Part shown: positions 18,813-28,405 of the stretch, one piece after another | Layout: each line of letters begins with the position of its first letter | How positions within the stretch are numbered: the stretch's first letter is position 1 | Assembly: GCA_963697875.1 (NCBI GenBank) | Contig: OY969099.1 | Location: 2,793,234 to 2,857,233, forward strand | Origin: an uncultured Actinomycetes bacterium | GTDB taxonomy: Bacteria > Actinomycetota > UBA4738 > HRBIN12 | Reading direction: 5' to 3' | Length of the DNA: 64,000 nucleotides | Notes under the pieces: model-generated | What the model was told of the DNA's origin: nothing | The model's input: the letters and a program-made list of their open reading frames with translations, nothing else | The model's database searches: none | Position numbers and translations under genes: made by a program

Positions 18813-20000
18813 TCAGGGTTTGCCGCGGCGTCGCTCGAACCACCGGCGGCGCTGACCGGACTCGACGCTCGGCTCCTCGCCCGTGACCGCCTGTGTCGTG
18901 AGCTCGGAGGTGATGACCTCGTGGCGCTGGACGTAGGTGCTGATCACGGCCTGGACGATGGCGGCGGCGGGCAGGGCGAGGAAGGCGCCCACCACGCCGT
19001 AGAGACTGGCGCCCGCGATCGCGGCGCCGAACGCGAGCGCAGGGTGCAGGTTCATCGTCCGCGCCGCGACGTGAGGGCTGAGGATGTAGTTCTCCAACTG
19101 CTGATAAAGGGTGAAGAAGATCAGCAGGACAAGGGCATCCCACGGATCCTTGGCCACGGCAACGAGCAAGGGCAGCGCCATCGCGATGTACGTCCCGATC
19201 GTGGGGATGAACTGGGACACGAGGCCCATCCAGACCGAGAGCGGGAGGGCGAAGTCGATGCCCAGGATCATCAGGGCCGTGAACGTGGCGATCCCGGAGA
19301 ACATCGCCAGCAGCAGCCGCGAGTAGAGGAACCCACCGGTCTTATCGATCGCCACCTCCCACGTGTCGAGCACGCGTTGCTGCTGCCGCGGAGGCAGCAT
19401 CGAGCAGATCTGTCGCCGGAACCGAGGGCCATCGGCCACGATGTAGAAGGTGAACAGGGCGATCGCCAGCAGCTTGAACACGGTCGCGAGGAGCGCCAGG
19501 CCGATGCCGAACACGTTGCCTGCGATGTTCGAGGCGAAATCGGTCAGCCGAGAGTTCGCGCTCTGGAGCCCGCTCTGGATCTGGTCCGGTGAGAGGTTGA
19601 GGTGGAAGACGCGTTTGCCCCACTGGGTGACGCTGTCGAAGATCCCCGGGGCCGCCTCGACGAGCGCCTGCAGCTGCCGCACGAAGACCGGCACCATGGA
19701 GGCCACCAGGAGCACGCCGAGGACGACGACACCCAACAGGATCACGAACGTGGCGAACCCGCGACGCATGCCGTGACGCGACAGGTACGCGACGGCGGGC
19801 TCCAGCGCAAACGAGAGGAACAGGGAGACGACCACGATCTCGATCAGGTCCTTGAGACCCCGCAGGACGTTGAACACCAACATCCCGAGCAGCACCGCCG
19901 CGACGACCGAGGCGAGGAGCTTCCAGATCCAGATCCATGACGGGAGCGCCGGGGCGCGCTCCGTCATCCGCTCGTCGGTTTCCTTCGGGTTCGACGCCAT
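18813..20000 (-). CDS. AI-2E family transporter (PerM/YhhT, UPF0118)
   Basis: The polytopic membrane protein shows AI-2E patterns such as FALPLSVWMGLVSQFIPTIGTYIAMALPLLVA and LALPAAAIVQ. The gene is convergent with the kinase, and the two stops are 3 bp apart. Confidence 0.75.
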   Translation of the reverse strand: MASNPKETDERMTERAPALPSWIWIWKLLASVVAAVLLGMLVFNVLRGLKDLIEIVVVSLFLSFALEPAVAYLSRHGMRRGFATFVILLGVVVLGVLLVASMVPVFVRQLQALVEAAPGIFDSVTQWGKRVFHLNLSPDQIQSGLQSANSRLTDFASNIAGNVFGIGLALLATVFKLLAIALFTFYIVADGPRFRRQICSMLPPRQQQRVLDTWEVAIDKTGGFLYSRLLLAMFSGIATFTALMILGIDFALPLSVWMGLVSQFIPTIGTYIAMALPLLVAVAKDPWDALVLLIFFTLYQQLENYILSPHVAARTMNLHPALAFGAAIAGASLYGVVGAFLALPAAAIVQAVISTYVQRHEVITSELTTQAVTGEEPSVESGQRRRWFERRRGKP

Positions 20001-20044
20001 CTGCGGCGAAGCCTAGTCGCGATGCGGCCCGGGGCGGCTAAGGC

Positions 20045-20473
20045 TCACGGACCGGTGGGCCGGCCGCACCCGAGGTCCCCCGCGATCGCCTGGTAGGCCG
20101 CGCCGAGGCGCTGGCGGGCATCGGCGATGTCGGCGGCCACCGCTGTGGCCGGGTCGTCGTCGCCCACGTTCGCGATCGCGCCAGAGTACGCCGTCCGTGC
20201 GTCTTCGAGCTCGCCTCGAAGCGCCTCGGGCACCAGCGGGGAGCGGACGATCTCGTCGACCGTCGGATCGAGCTTCTCGAGTGCGGACCGGACCTGCCCG
20301 ACGGTCGCGTCCAGCGGCGGACGAGCCACCAGCTCGACCGTCTGCCGCAGATGAAGGAGGTCCTCGCACAGCGACGCAACCGGGTCCTCCCGCGTGGCCG
20401 ATCCGCATGCGACACACACCACGGCGAGGGCCGCCACGAGCGCGACGAGCTCGGCGCGCCCGGGCCTCCGCAT
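20045..20473 (-). CDS. hypothetical lipoprotein
   Basis: The start is at MRRPGRAELVALVAALAVVCVACGS, a signal peptide with a lipobox-like VAC. The mature protein is helical and Ala/Asp-rich. The longer track ORF adds 25 aa at the N-terminus. Confidence 0.5.
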   Translation of the reverse strand: MRRPGRAELVALVAALAVVCVACGSATREDPVASLCEDLLHLRQTVELVARPPLDATVGQVRSALEKLDPTVDEIVRSPLVPEALRGELEDARTAYSGAIANVGDDDPATAVAADIADARQRLGAAYQAIAGDLGCGRPTGP

Positions 20474-20497
20474 CGCCCGAGCGTACACTCGACGTCG

Positions 20498-21484
20498 ATG
20501 GTCTCCGTGGGAGAACGCGACCACAATCCGTCCAAGCGGCGGCTGCACCTGCCGATCCTCGGCGTCACGAACGGACCCGGCGACGCACGCGGGGTCAACG
20601 TGCCCGGGGAGCGGAAGCCTCCCTGGTTGAAGGTGCGCCTCGCGAGCGGTCCGAACTACTCGGCCCTGAAGGGCCTGATGCGCGGCAAGGCGCTACACAC
20701 CGTGTGTGAAGAGGCGATGTGCCCGAACATCGGCGAGTGCTGGGAGGAGCGTGAGGCCACGTTCCTGCTGCTCGGTTCGAAGTGCACCCGCCGGTGTGGC
20801 TTCTGCGACGTGATGACGGCCAAGCCCGACCCGGTCGACGAGGACGAGCCGCGCCGGATCGCCGAGGCCGTCGCCGAGATGGGGCTGCGGCACGTGGTCC
20901 TGACCGGCGTTGCCCGCGACGACCTGCCCGACGGAGGCGCGCGGATCTGGGCGGCTGCGATCCGCGCATGCAGGGACGCGGTTGCGGGGGTCGCCGTGGA
21001 GGTGCTGCCGTCCGATCTCAAGGGCGGCGAGGACGACGTTGCCACGGTGCTCGACGCCGAGCCCGACGTGTTCGCGCACAACCTCGAGACCGTGCGGCGG
21101 CTTCACGACCGGATCCGGCCCGCGTTCGGCTATGACCGATCTCTTGACGTCCTGCGCTTCGCGAAGCGTCACCGCCCGGGACAGGTTACGAAGTCGAACC
21201 TGATCCTGGGGATGGGCGAGCGCCCCGATGAGGTCGCCGACGCCATGCGCGACGTCGCGGACGCGGACGTCGACATCCTCACGATGGGTCAGTATCTGCA
21301 GCCCACCCCGTACCACCTGCCGGTCGATCGGTGGGTGACGCCCGATGAGTTCGCCGAGCACACGCGTGTGGGCGAAGGCCTCGGCATCGCCCACGTGGAG
21401 GCGGGACCGCTCGTGCGATCGAGCTACCACGCCGGCCGGCAGCTGAGGCGCGCCGTCGAAGCGGGCGCCGTCGCGGCCGGGTAG
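20498..21484 (+). CDS. lipA: lipoyl synthase LipA (radical SAM)
   Basis: CEEAMCPNIGECW is the auxiliary cluster motif. CTRRCGFCDV is the radical-SAM CxxxCxxC. ...RSSYHAG is the C-terminal motif. The ORF is in frame within track ORF 20351..21484, with ATG at 20498. Confidence 0.9.
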   Translation: MVSVGERDHNPSKRRLHLPILGVTNGPGDARGVNVPGERKPPWLKVRLASGPNYSALKGLMRGKALHTVCEEAMCPNIGECWEEREATFLLLGSKCTRRCGFCDVMTAKPDPVDEDEPRRIAEAVAEMGLRHVVLTGVARDDLPDGGARIWAAAIRACRDAVAGVAVEVLPSDLKGGEDDVATVLDAEPDVFAHNLETVRRLHDRIRPAFGYDRSLDVLRFAKRHRPGQVTKSNLILGMGERPDEVADAMRDVADADVDILTMGQYLQPTPYHLPVDRWVTPDEFAEHTRVGEGLGIAHVEAGPLVRSSYHAGRQLRRAVEAGAVAAG

Positions 21485-21495
21485 ACGAGGTCGCG

Positions 21496-22044
21496 TCACC
21501 CCGACGCGCACGCGACGAGCCGCAGCTCCGCGAACCGGATCGCGAGATCGTCGACCTGATGGTGGGCGTTCAACCCGCTCGGGTTGGGCAGCACCCAAAG
21601 GGCGGCAGCCTCGAGCTCCTCGACTTGCCGGCCGAGCAGCGCGGCGCGGCGGTCGAACGCCGAGCGGTACGCGGTGATGCCGAGCACGGCGACCGCGGCC
21701 GGACGAAACCGCCGAACCTTCCGCGCGAGCGAGAACGCACCGGCGCGGAGCTCCTCGGCCGAGAGCTCGCTCGCGACGGGAGTCGGACGCGCCACCAGGT
21801 TCGTGATCCCGACACCGAACGCCGGCAGTGTCGCGTCCTCGGTCGCGTCGAGCACGCGATCGGTGAACCCACCGAGATGTAAGGCCCTCCAGAACCGGTT
21901 CCCGGGCCGGGCGAAGTGATGTCCAACCGCGGCCGAGTACAGCCCGGGATTGATGCCGACGAACAGCACGTCCAGATCCTCGGCGAGGACGTCGGGAACG
22001 CCGCGCGTTCGCGCGGCCTCGAGCTCTTCTCGCGTCGGCCCCAC
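21496..22044 (-). CDS. mug: G/U mismatch-specific DNA glycosylase (Mug/TDG, UDG family 2)
   Basis: VLFVGINPGLYSAAVGHHFARPGNRFW matches the Mug active-site motif. ...WVLPNPSGLN is the C-terminal motif. The track ORF extends to 22152, but that N-terminal extension overlaps the rnpB 3' end. The start is placed at GTG about 22044. Confidence 0.75.
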   Translation of the reverse strand: MGPTREELEAARTRGVPDVLAEDLDVLFVGINPGLYSAAVGHHFARPGNRFWRALHLGGFTDRVLDATEDATLPAFGVGITNLVARPTPVASELSAEELRAGAFSLARKVRRFRPAAVAVLGITAYRSAFDRRAALLGRQVEELEAAALWVLPNPSGLNAHHQVDDLAIRFAELRLVACASG

Positions 22045-22082
22045 CGACGAGAGCGTAGCGGCAGGGGGTGTGGAGGAGCCGG

Positions 22083-22493
22083 CCTGTAAGCCGGATCCTG
22101 TGCGCGGGGCTCGCGCCCCGCCGGCGACCATCTCTCTCGGCTGCGCGCTCACGCGCCCGCCGCGTCGCGGTTCGCCCGCGCCGTGCGGCCTACCCGGGAG
22201 CTCGAACGGGCCGCCCTCCTCGGTGGGGCTACCGCGTCGCTGCGTGAGCCCCGCCGAACGCTCCCTGCTTGGCCTTGCTCCGGGTGGGGGTTGCCGAGCC
22301 GCGCCGGTCGCCCGACGCGCTGGTGAGCTCTTACCTCACCGTTGCACCCTTGCCCGCTCGCGCGGGCGGTCTGTTCTCTGTGGCCCTGTCCGCGAGGTCA
22401 CCCCCGCCTGGCTCTCGCCAGCACCCTGCCCTTCGGAGTCCGGACTTTCCTCGACCGCGCGAACGCGGCCGCGGCCGCCCGGCCGGCTCCTCC
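22083..22493 (-). ncRNA. rnpB: RNase P RNA (bacterial type A), rnpB
   Basis: The reverse complement reads GGAGCCGGCCGGGCGGCC...GGUCGAGGAAAGUCCGGACUCCGAAGGGCAGGGUGCUGGCGAGAGCCAGG...ACAGAGAACAGACCGCCCG...GGUAAGAGCUCACCAGCG...ACAGGAUCCGGCUUACAGGCCGGCUCC. It contains the universal GAAAGUCCGG (P4 region). The 5' GAGCCGGCC pairs with the 3' GGCCGGCUC to form P1. The ends are approximate to within about 10 nt. Confidence 0.85.
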
Positions 22494-22506
22494 GCGCTCC
22501 ACGCTA

Positions 22507-22920
22507 CTACCGATGCTCGTACCAGACGTCGGCGCCGAGGTTCGCGAGCCGGTCCGCCTCGGTGTTCTGCGCCCGAGGCACGTGCTCGTAGCTGACGCGG
22601 TCGAACCCGGCGGCGAGCGAACGGATCCTCCGGTGGAGCGGTTGCAGGTGCGGTGTCTTCACACGATAGACGCCGCTCAGCTGGTTGACGAGCAGCTGGC
22701 TGTCGGTGCGCAGCGTGACCTCGGTGGCGCCCAGCTCCGCGGCCCGCTCCAGCCCGCGGATCGCGGCCGTGTACTCGGCGACGTTGTTCGTGGTCTCGCC
22801 GAGCCCCTCGGCGATCTCGGCCAGCACCTCACCGTCGGGAGCCGTGATCTGGACCCCGATGCCGGCGCGGCCCGGGTTGCCCCGCGCGGCCCCGTCGGTG
22901 TGAACGATCACCCGCGTCAC
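22507..22920 (-). CDS. rnhA: ribonuclease HI
   Basis: VHTDGAARGNPGRAGIG...TNNVAEYTAAIRGLE...VTLRTDSQLLVNQ...NTEADRLAN carries the RNase H DEDD residues and fold. Confidence 0.85.
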   Translation of the reverse strand: MTRVIVHTDGAARGNPGRAGIGVQITAPDGEVLAEIAEGLGETTNNVAEYTAAIRGLERAAELGATEVTLRTDSQLLVNQLSGVYRVKTPHLQPLHRRIRSLAAGFDRVSYEHVPRAQNTEADRLANLGADVWYEHR

Positions 22921-23627
22921 AGCACGAGGATCCGTCGGCAGTGGTCGCAGCGCGGGATCTCACCGGAGTGCTTGACGCGGTCGAGCTCGACCGACGAGAG
23001 CTGCTCGTGGCATCCCTGGCACACGCCGTCCACGAGGGCGGCCGCGCCGACCCCTTTCTTGTGCGCGCGAAGGTCCTCGTAAAGCTCGAGGACCTCTGGC
23101 TCGATCTGCGGAACGAGAACCGAGCGTCGCGTACCCAGGTCCACCAGCTCGGCCCGCACCCGGAGGAGCTCCTCGCTGGCATCCGATGCCACGTTGTCGA
23201 CGTTCGAGCGCAGTTCGGTGGCCACACCCTCGGCCTGCTTCGCGCGGTCCTCGACCTCCTCGCGCTGCTCGAGGAGGGCCAGCAGCTCGTCTTCCCGGTC
23301 GGATCTGCGCCGCTTGAGGTTCTCAACCTCGTGACGGATCGCCTCGAGCTCCTTGGCGTTGGCGACCGATCCGTCGTACATGCGCGCCTCCTCGGCCGCG
23401 GCCTTCTGCGACAGGGTGTCGATCTCGTGTTCGAGCCTCGTACCGTCACGGTCGAAGACGTCGAGCTGCAGGCGAAGCTCCCCCAGCGCCGTCTCGGCCT
23501 CGTCCGCGGTATTCCGTGCGGCGGCCAGCTCGCTCTCCCCCTCGAGTGCACGCTGGCGCGCGGCGAGCCGGTCGATCGCCGAGTCGATCGCCTGGAGGTC
23601 GAGCAGCCGGTGGGTCACCTTCGCCAT
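22917..23627 (-). CDS. zinc-ribbon (C4) coiled-coil protein, Rv2229c-like (DUF164)
   Basis: A long coiled-coil is followed by the C-terminal CQGCHEQL...IPRCDHCRRIL, a C-x2-C...C-x2-C motif. The stop overlaps the rnhA start, matching the conserved actinobacterial gene pairing. Confidence 0.75.
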   Translation of the reverse strand: MAKVTHRLLDLQAIDSAIDRLAARQRALEGESELAAARNTADEAETALGELRLQLDVFDRDGTRLEHEIDTLSQKAAAEEARMYDGSVANAKELEAIRHEVENLKRRRSDREDELLALLEQREEVEDRAKQAEGVATELRSNVDNVASDASEELLRVRAELVDLGTRRSVLVPQIEPEVLELYEDLRAHKKGVGAAALVDGVCQGCHEQLSSVELDRVKHSGEIPRCDHCRRILVL

Positions 23628-23667
23628 GGAACGCGAGGGTAGTCGATGGCCCGATCGGCGCGCGGCG

Positions 23668-24666
23668 CTAGCCGACGAGCGTCAGCTGCTCCGGCGGCTC
23701 GTCGCGCCGCCCTGCCGAGGGTTCGCCGCGCCAGAAGGGCTCCGGTTCGACGGACGGGCGGAGACCGCCCATCGCGCGGATCAGCGACGTCACCCGCGCC
23801 GAGAGCTCGCCCCGAGCACCCCCTGACGCGTAGGAACGCGGGTACATCGCCGCGTATCTCGGCACGAGATCCGGGTACTCGCGCTGGAGCCACGGCAGGA
23901 ACTCTTCGCGGACGCCCGGCCGAAGGTGCAGCAGCACCGGAGACACGTGGGTCGCACCGGCGTCGATCGCTGCGGCGACCACCTCGCGGAGCTGACGCGG
24001 GGCGTCGCTGATGCCGGGCAGCACCGGCGCAAGCAGCACGCCGGTCGGGATACCCGCCTCGACGAGTGCCCGGACCGCTTCCATGCGCGCCTTCGGATGA
24101 GGCGTGCCGGGCTCCGTGCGCTTCCAGACCTGCTCGTCCATCGTTCCGATCGAGAAGGCGGCCGACACCGACGCGTGGCCGGAGGCCTCCCGCAGCAGGT
24201 CGACGTCACGCAGGATCAGCGTGCCCTTCGTGAGGATGGAGAACGGGTTGCGCGCGTCACGGAGCGCCTCGAGGATCTCCCGCATCAACCGGTAACGCCC
24301 CTCCGCGCGCTGGTACGGGTCGGTGTTCGTTCCCATCGCGATGTGGTCGCCCTTCCACGATCGCCTGGCGAGCTCGCGGCGCAGCACCTCGGGCGCGTTG
24401 ACCTTGACCACGATCTTCGACTCGAAGTCACGCCCCGCGTCCATCTCGAGGTAGGTGTGCGTCGGCCGCGCGAAGCAGTAGACGCACGCATGCGAGCATC
24501 CCCGGTAGGGGTTGATCGTGTAGTCGAACGGCATGCGCGATGCGGCCGGCACCTTGTTGATGACGGACTTGGCCTCGACCTCGATGAAGGTCATGCCACG
24601 GAACTCGGGCGTATCGAACGTCCGGCGGCGCAGCTCGAACAGGCGCTCGGGAGCCATCAGGCCCAC
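23668..24666 (-). CDS. radical SAM protein, DNA-repair photolyase-like (SplB/COG1533 family, Rv2578c-like)
   Basis: INPYRGCSHACVYCFARPTH is a CxxxCxxC cluster motif in the SplB-like context. The conserved downstream blocks GTNTDPYQ and FSILTKGTLILRD are present. Confidence 0.8.
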   Translation of the reverse strand: MGLMAPERLFELRRRTFDTPEFRGMTFIEVEAKSVINKVPAASRMPFDYTINPYRGCSHACVYCFARPTHTYLEMDAGRDFESKIVVKVNAPEVLRRELARRSWKGDHIAMGTNTDPYQRAEGRYRLMREILEALRDARNPFSILTKGTLILRDVDLLREASGHASVSAAFSIGTMDEQVWKRTEPGTPHPKARMEAVRALVEAGIPTGVLLAPVLPGISDAPRQLREVVAAAIDAGATHVSPVLLHLRPGVREEFLPWLQREYPDLVPRYAAMYPRSYASGGARGELSARVTSLIRAMGGLRPSVEPEPFWRGEPSAGRRDEPPEQLTLVG

Positions 24667-24744
24667 GAGACTAGAACATATGTTCGACTCCGGTCAACCT
24701 CTTGTCATCCGGCCGTGGCGGGGCCGCCGCTAGGCTGTGCCGTC

Positions 24745-25524
24745 ATGGAGCGGGAGTCCGACGGGCGGGTCGCGCTGGTCACCGGGGCCGGCTCGCCGAC
24801 GGGAATCGGGTTCGCGGCGGCCCGGGCCTTGGGACGCGACGGCGCGGTCCTGGCCATCGCTTCCACGACCGATCGGATCCACGAGCGTGCCGGCGAGCTC
24901 GTCGGGATGGGCTTCGACGCGGCGGGGTTCGTGGCCGACCTCACCGATCGCGAACGCGTGCGGTCGATGGTCGACGCCGTGACGCAGACCTTCGGACGCA
25001 TCGACATCCTGGTGAACAACGCCGGCATGGTCCACGTCGGCATGGGGGCGCAGGTCGGCGCGACGTTCGTCGATCTGGACGACGCCGACTGGGACCTGGA
25101 GATCGCGCTCAACCTCCACACGGCCTACAACGTGACCCGGGCCGTGGTTCCCGGCATGGTCGAGCGCGGATGGGGCCGCGTGGTCATGGTCTCGTCCGTC
25201 ACCGGCACGATCGCCACGAATCCCGCATCGACCGGCTACAGCGCAGCGAAGGCGGCGATGGACGGGCTGATGCGCGGGGTCGCGATCGACGTCGGCCCCG
25301 CGGGCGTGACGGTCAACTCGGTCGCACCCGGGTGGATTGCCACCGGCTCGCAACTGCCGGAGGAGGCCGTCGCCGGGATGCACACCCCGCTGGGACGCTC
25401 CGGCACGCCGGAGGAGGTCGCCGAGGTGATCGCGTTCCTGGCCAGCGACCGTGCCTCCTACGTGACTGGATCGGTGGTCGTCGTCGACGGCGGCAACACC
25501 CTGCAGGAGACCAAGGCCTCCTGA
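24745..25524 (+). CDS. short-chain dehydrogenase/reductase (SDR) family oxidoreductase
   Basis: VALVTGAGSPTGIGFAAARAL is a TGxxxGxG Rossmann motif. NNAG is present. YSAAKAA is the catalytic YxxxK. The ORF is in frame within the track ORF 23926..25524, whose upstream part is an antisense shadow. Confidence 0.85.
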   Translation: MERESDGRVALVTGAGSPTGIGFAAARALGRDGAVLAIASTTDRIHERAGELVGMGFDAAGFVADLTDRERVRSMVDAVTQTFGRIDILVNNAGMVHVGMGAQVGATFVDLDDADWDLEIALNLHTAYNVTRAVVPGMVERGWGRVVMVSSVTGTIATNPASTGYSAAKAAMDGLMRGVAIDVGPAGVTVNSVAPGWIATGSQLPEEAVAGMHTPLGRSGTPEEVAEVIAFLASDRASYVTGSVVVVDGGNTLQETKAS

Positions 25525-25569
25525 GGACGGAGTCCCGGACAGGGCAGCGCGCCCGGATATCCTCGAGCG

Positions 25570-26349
25570 GTGGCGCGATCCCGCACCCGTTCGATCCTTC
25601 TGCTCCTGGTCGCCCTCTCGGTGGCGGGGGTCTGCGTCCGGCTGGGCATCTGGCAGTTGCACCGTCTCGCGACGCGACGGGCGTTCAACGCTGCGGTGCT
25701 GACGGGGACCTCGTCCTCACCCGCGCCGGTCGCCGCCCTCGCGCACGGCACAGACGCCGCGTACCGAAGGGCAGAGGCCACGGGTCGGTACGACCCCGCG
25801 CGCGAGGTCATCTTCTACGGCCGCAGCAACGCCGACGGAGACCCCGGCAACGAGGTGCTCACGCCTCTTCTGCTGGACGACGGCGGCGCGATCCTCGTCG
25901 ACCGGGGCTGGATCCCGTTCGACGCGAACCAGCCGGTACCCGTGGCCGGGGCCGGGGCCGCTCCCGACGGCACGGTCATCGTCACCGGCGTGCTGTTCCC
26001 CCCGGATTCCTCGACGGCCCCGGCCGCCGGGGCCACTTCGGTCACCTACGTCCGGCACGTGGACCTCGTCCAGATCGGCGCACAGCTGCCGTACCGGCTG
26101 CTGCCCTACTACCTGCTGCTTCAGGAGCAGGCGCCCGCTCAGACGGAGGGGTTGCCCTCGCCCGCACCGTTGCCGGAGCTGTCGGAGGGTCCTCACCTCT
26201 CGTACGCGATCCAGTGGTTCACGTTCGCGGGGATCGCGATCCTCGGGTATGGTCTGCTCCTTCACCGCGACCTGCGCGCGAAGCGCGGTCCATCGGCGCG
26301 CTCCGGCGAAGGCGAAAGCAAAGGCGCACGCGCACAGGAGGGTGCCTGA
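25570..26349 (+). CDS. SURF1-family cytochrome oxidase assembly protein
   Basis: An N-terminal TM helix is followed by LGIWQLHRLATRRAFN (SURF1 LGxWQL.R motif). A periplasmic domain and a C-terminal TM helix containing LSYAIQWFTFAGIAILGY follow. Confidence 0.75.
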   Translation: MARSRTRSILLLLVALSVAGVCVRLGIWQLHRLATRRAFNAAVLTGTSSSPAPVAALAHGTDAAYRRAEATGRYDPAREVIFYGRSNADGDPGNEVLTPLLLDDGGAILVDRGWIPFDANQPVPVAGAGAAPDGTVIVTGVLFPPDSSTAPAAGATSVTYVRHVDLVQIGAQLPYRLLPYYLLLQEQAPAQTEGLPSPAPLPELSEGPHLSYAIQWFTFAGIAILGYGLLLHRDLRAKRGPSARSGEGESKGARAQEGA

Positions 26350-26627
26350 TGGGCTGTCTGCTGGTGCTGTTCTCCCTGATCACGCCGCGGTTCGTCCTCG
26401 TCGTCATGTGGTTGTTCACGGACTACCTCTCCCGAGCCTACGGGGGCTGGTTCTGGCCGACGCTCGGCTTCCTCTTCCTGCCGACCACGACGATCGCCTA
26501 CGCGATCGCCCAGAACGCGTTCTCGCCCAGGGGCGCGATCAACGCCGCCGGTGTGGTCATCATCGTGCTGGGCGTGGCGGTCGACCTCGGGCTGGTGGGC
26601 GGGAGCGCGCGCTCGCGCCGGCGGTAA
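26349..26627 (+). CDS. small two-TM membrane protein (hypothetical), translationally coupled to SURF1
   Basis: ATG 26349 overlaps the SURF1 stop (TGATG). Two clear hydrophobic helices are present: MGCLLVLFSLITPRFVLVVMWLF and AAGVVIIVLGVAVDLGLVGG. Confidence 0.55.
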   Translation: MGCLLVLFSLITPRFVLVVMWLFTDYLSRAYGGWFWPTLGFLFLPTTTIAYAIAQNAFSPRGAINAAGVVIIVLGVAVDLGLVGGSARSRRR

Positions 26628-26634
26628 CGCCGCG

Positions 26635-27015
26635 TCAGACGTTGCGCATCGCCTCGGCGGCCATCGCGAAGTACTCGTCGAAGGCCGTGCGGATCGGCTC
26701 GGCGGGCTCCAGCGCGTCGAGCGCCGCCGTCATGTGGGTGAGCCAGCGGTCGCGTTCCTCCGGGCCGATCACGAAGGGCGCGTGGCGCATCCGGAGCCGG
26801 GGGTGACCTCGTTCCTCGCTGTACGTGCCGGGTCCCCCCCAGTATTGGGCCAGGAACAGGGCGAGCTTGCGGCGGGCGCTCGAGAGGTCGCCCGGCTCCG
26901 GGTACAGGCGCAGGAGCGCGCGGTCGGCGGCCACCCCGTCGTAGAAGCGGTCGACGAGTTCCACGAAGAAACCCATGCCGCCGACCGCATCGTAGACGCT
27001 GCTCGTCTCGAGCAC
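26635..27015 (-). CDS. glbO: group II truncated haemoglobin (GlbO/trHbO)
   Basis: SVYDAVGGMGFFVELVDRFYDGVAAD..LRLYPE.DL..A...L.LFLAQYWGGPGTYSEERGHPRLRMRHAPF matches M. tuberculosis GlbO closely. The start is GTG about 27015. Track Met 27090 gives an Arg-rich extension that is unlikely to be translated. Confidence 0.85.
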   Translation of the reverse strand: MLETSSVYDAVGGMGFFVELVDRFYDGVAADRALLRLYPEPGDLSSARRKLALFLAQYWGGPGTYSEERGHPRLRMRHAPFVIGPEERDRWLTHMTAALDALEPAEPIRTAFDEYFAMAAEAMRNV

Positions 27016-27106
27016 GCGACCGAGTCTACGAGCGCGATCGAGCCCCCCTCGTCGCCGCCGCCGTTCGCCGCACGATCCTGTCCTGATCACGCGTACGCTG
27101 GGGTCG

Positions 27107-27751
27107 ATGCAGGAGCCTCAGCGTCCTCGCCTGCGCGGCCGGATCCACCAGTTCGCGTTCTTCGGGTCACTCCCCTGCGGGGCCGCGCTCGCCGCCCTCG
27201 CGGCCACCGGCGTCGCCCGTGTTGCGGCCGTCATCTTCGCGGCCGGGTTGACCGGGGTCTTCGGGGTCAGCGCCGCCTATCACCGTGGGCGATGGACCGT
27301 GCAAGGACGCCGCCGCATGCGGCGCCTCGACCACTCGATGATCTACGTGCTGATCGCGGCCACATACACGCCCTTCTGCCTGTTGGCATTCCCGGGACGG
27401 TGGGGATACGCCCTGCTGGCCGCGGTGTGGGCCGGCTCCATCACCGGCATCGCGATCAAGCTCGTGAGCCTCGAACGGCTGGCCAGGGTGACCGCCGCGC
27501 TGTACGTGGTGCTCGGATGGCTGGCGGTCCTAGCGATCCCGATCATGATCACCCACCTACCGCCGGCGGCGTTCGTGTTGATCGTGTGCGGCGGCCTCCT
27601 CTACACGGTCGGCGCGGTCATCTTCGCCGCCGGACGTCCGAACCCGCGGCCCGGGGTCTTCGGGTACCACGAGATGTTCCACGCGTTCGGCGTGGTCGCC
27701 GGGGCGTGCCACTACGTCGCGGTGCTGCTGGTGGTCGTCGCCGCGCGCTGA
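27107..27751 (+). CDS. hemolysin III / PAQR (YqfA) family membrane protein
   Basis: Seven TM helices are present, with HlyIII motifs: FGVSAAYH, RRLDHSMIYVLIAATYTPF and GYHEMFHAFGVVAGACHYVAV. Confidence 0.8.
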   Translation: MQEPQRPRLRGRIHQFAFFGSLPCGAALAALAATGVARVAAVIFAAGLTGVFGVSAAYHRGRWTVQGRRRMRRLDHSMIYVLIAATYTPFCLLAFPGRWGYALLAAVWAGSITGIAIKLVSLERLARVTAALYVVLGWLAVLAIPIMITHLPPAAFVLIVCGGLLYTVGAVIFAAGRPNPRPGVFGYHEMFHAFGVVAGACHYVAVLLVVVAAR

Positions 27752-27947
27752 CGCGCCTCCGTTGGGGCGACGTCTCAGGCGGCGCCGGGTTCCCCTGTGT
27801 CGGTCAGGTCGACAGCCGCCGGGGTCGGTGGGAAGTACTCGACGATGCCCAGGTCGTTCCCGTCCCCGAGCTCAGGGAAGAGCTCCACGAAGCCGGACTC
27901 GGTCACCGCGAGGCCGGGCGTCTCGAGTTCGCCGGAGCCCTCGTGTT

Positions 27948-28175
27948 TCACGCGACCCTGGGCTCGTCAGCCCGGCGGCGGGGCGCCGGCATCACGACCG
28001 GGACGAGTTCCGTATGCGTCCAGCAGGTCGTTCCGCGGTTGTAGACCGACAACCGGGTGCTGCACCCGGGCTCCGAGCACGAACGGTCCTCGGCGAACCG
28101 CTTGGGCGCCTGACCGTGGGAGGTGACGCCTCGCCCTCGGAACGCCTGTTGACCTGCCCTGATCGCGGATGCCAT
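27948..28175 (-). CDS. small basic Cys/His-containing protein (putative zinc-finger-like), divergent from cspA
   Basis: A strong GGGGAGGAA SD lies 5 nt before ATG. The protein is MASAIRAGQQAFRGRGVTSHGQAPKRFAEDRSCSEPGCSTRLSVYNRGTTCWTHTELVPVVMP..., with a C-x4-C...C-x2-H arrangement. Only the C-terminal 75 aa of track ORF 27948..28313 is supported. Confidence 0.45.
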   Translation of the reverse strand: MASAIRAGQQAFRGRGVTSHGQAPKRFAEDRSCSEPGCSTRLSVYNRGTTCWTHTELVPVVMPAPRRRADEPRVA

Positions 28176-28405
28176 ACGGTTCCTCCCCTTCGTGCAAGGA
28201 CTTCGGTGTCTCGGCGATACCCGAGGGCTCCTAGGCCCAAACGCGATCGTGTGAGGCAAAGGCAGGCGGCGCCTGGTAGCGTTGCGGCCGAGGGTTCCGG
28301 TCGAAAGTTGCACTTGCGAGCAGTTCCCTCACGCCGGCGGTTGTCCAGCCGGCCGCCCAAGGGCAGCACCAAGGCCCGGACGGCGAAAGGAAGGAGGGAT
28401 CGCCA

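Noticed and set aside
20693-21598. 301-aa minus ORF over lipA
   Set aside because: It is antisense to lipA.
22941-23642. 233-aa plus ORF
   Set aside because: It is antisense to the zinc-ribbon coiled-coil gene, whose CxxC...CxxC motif and coupling to rnhA support the minus frame.
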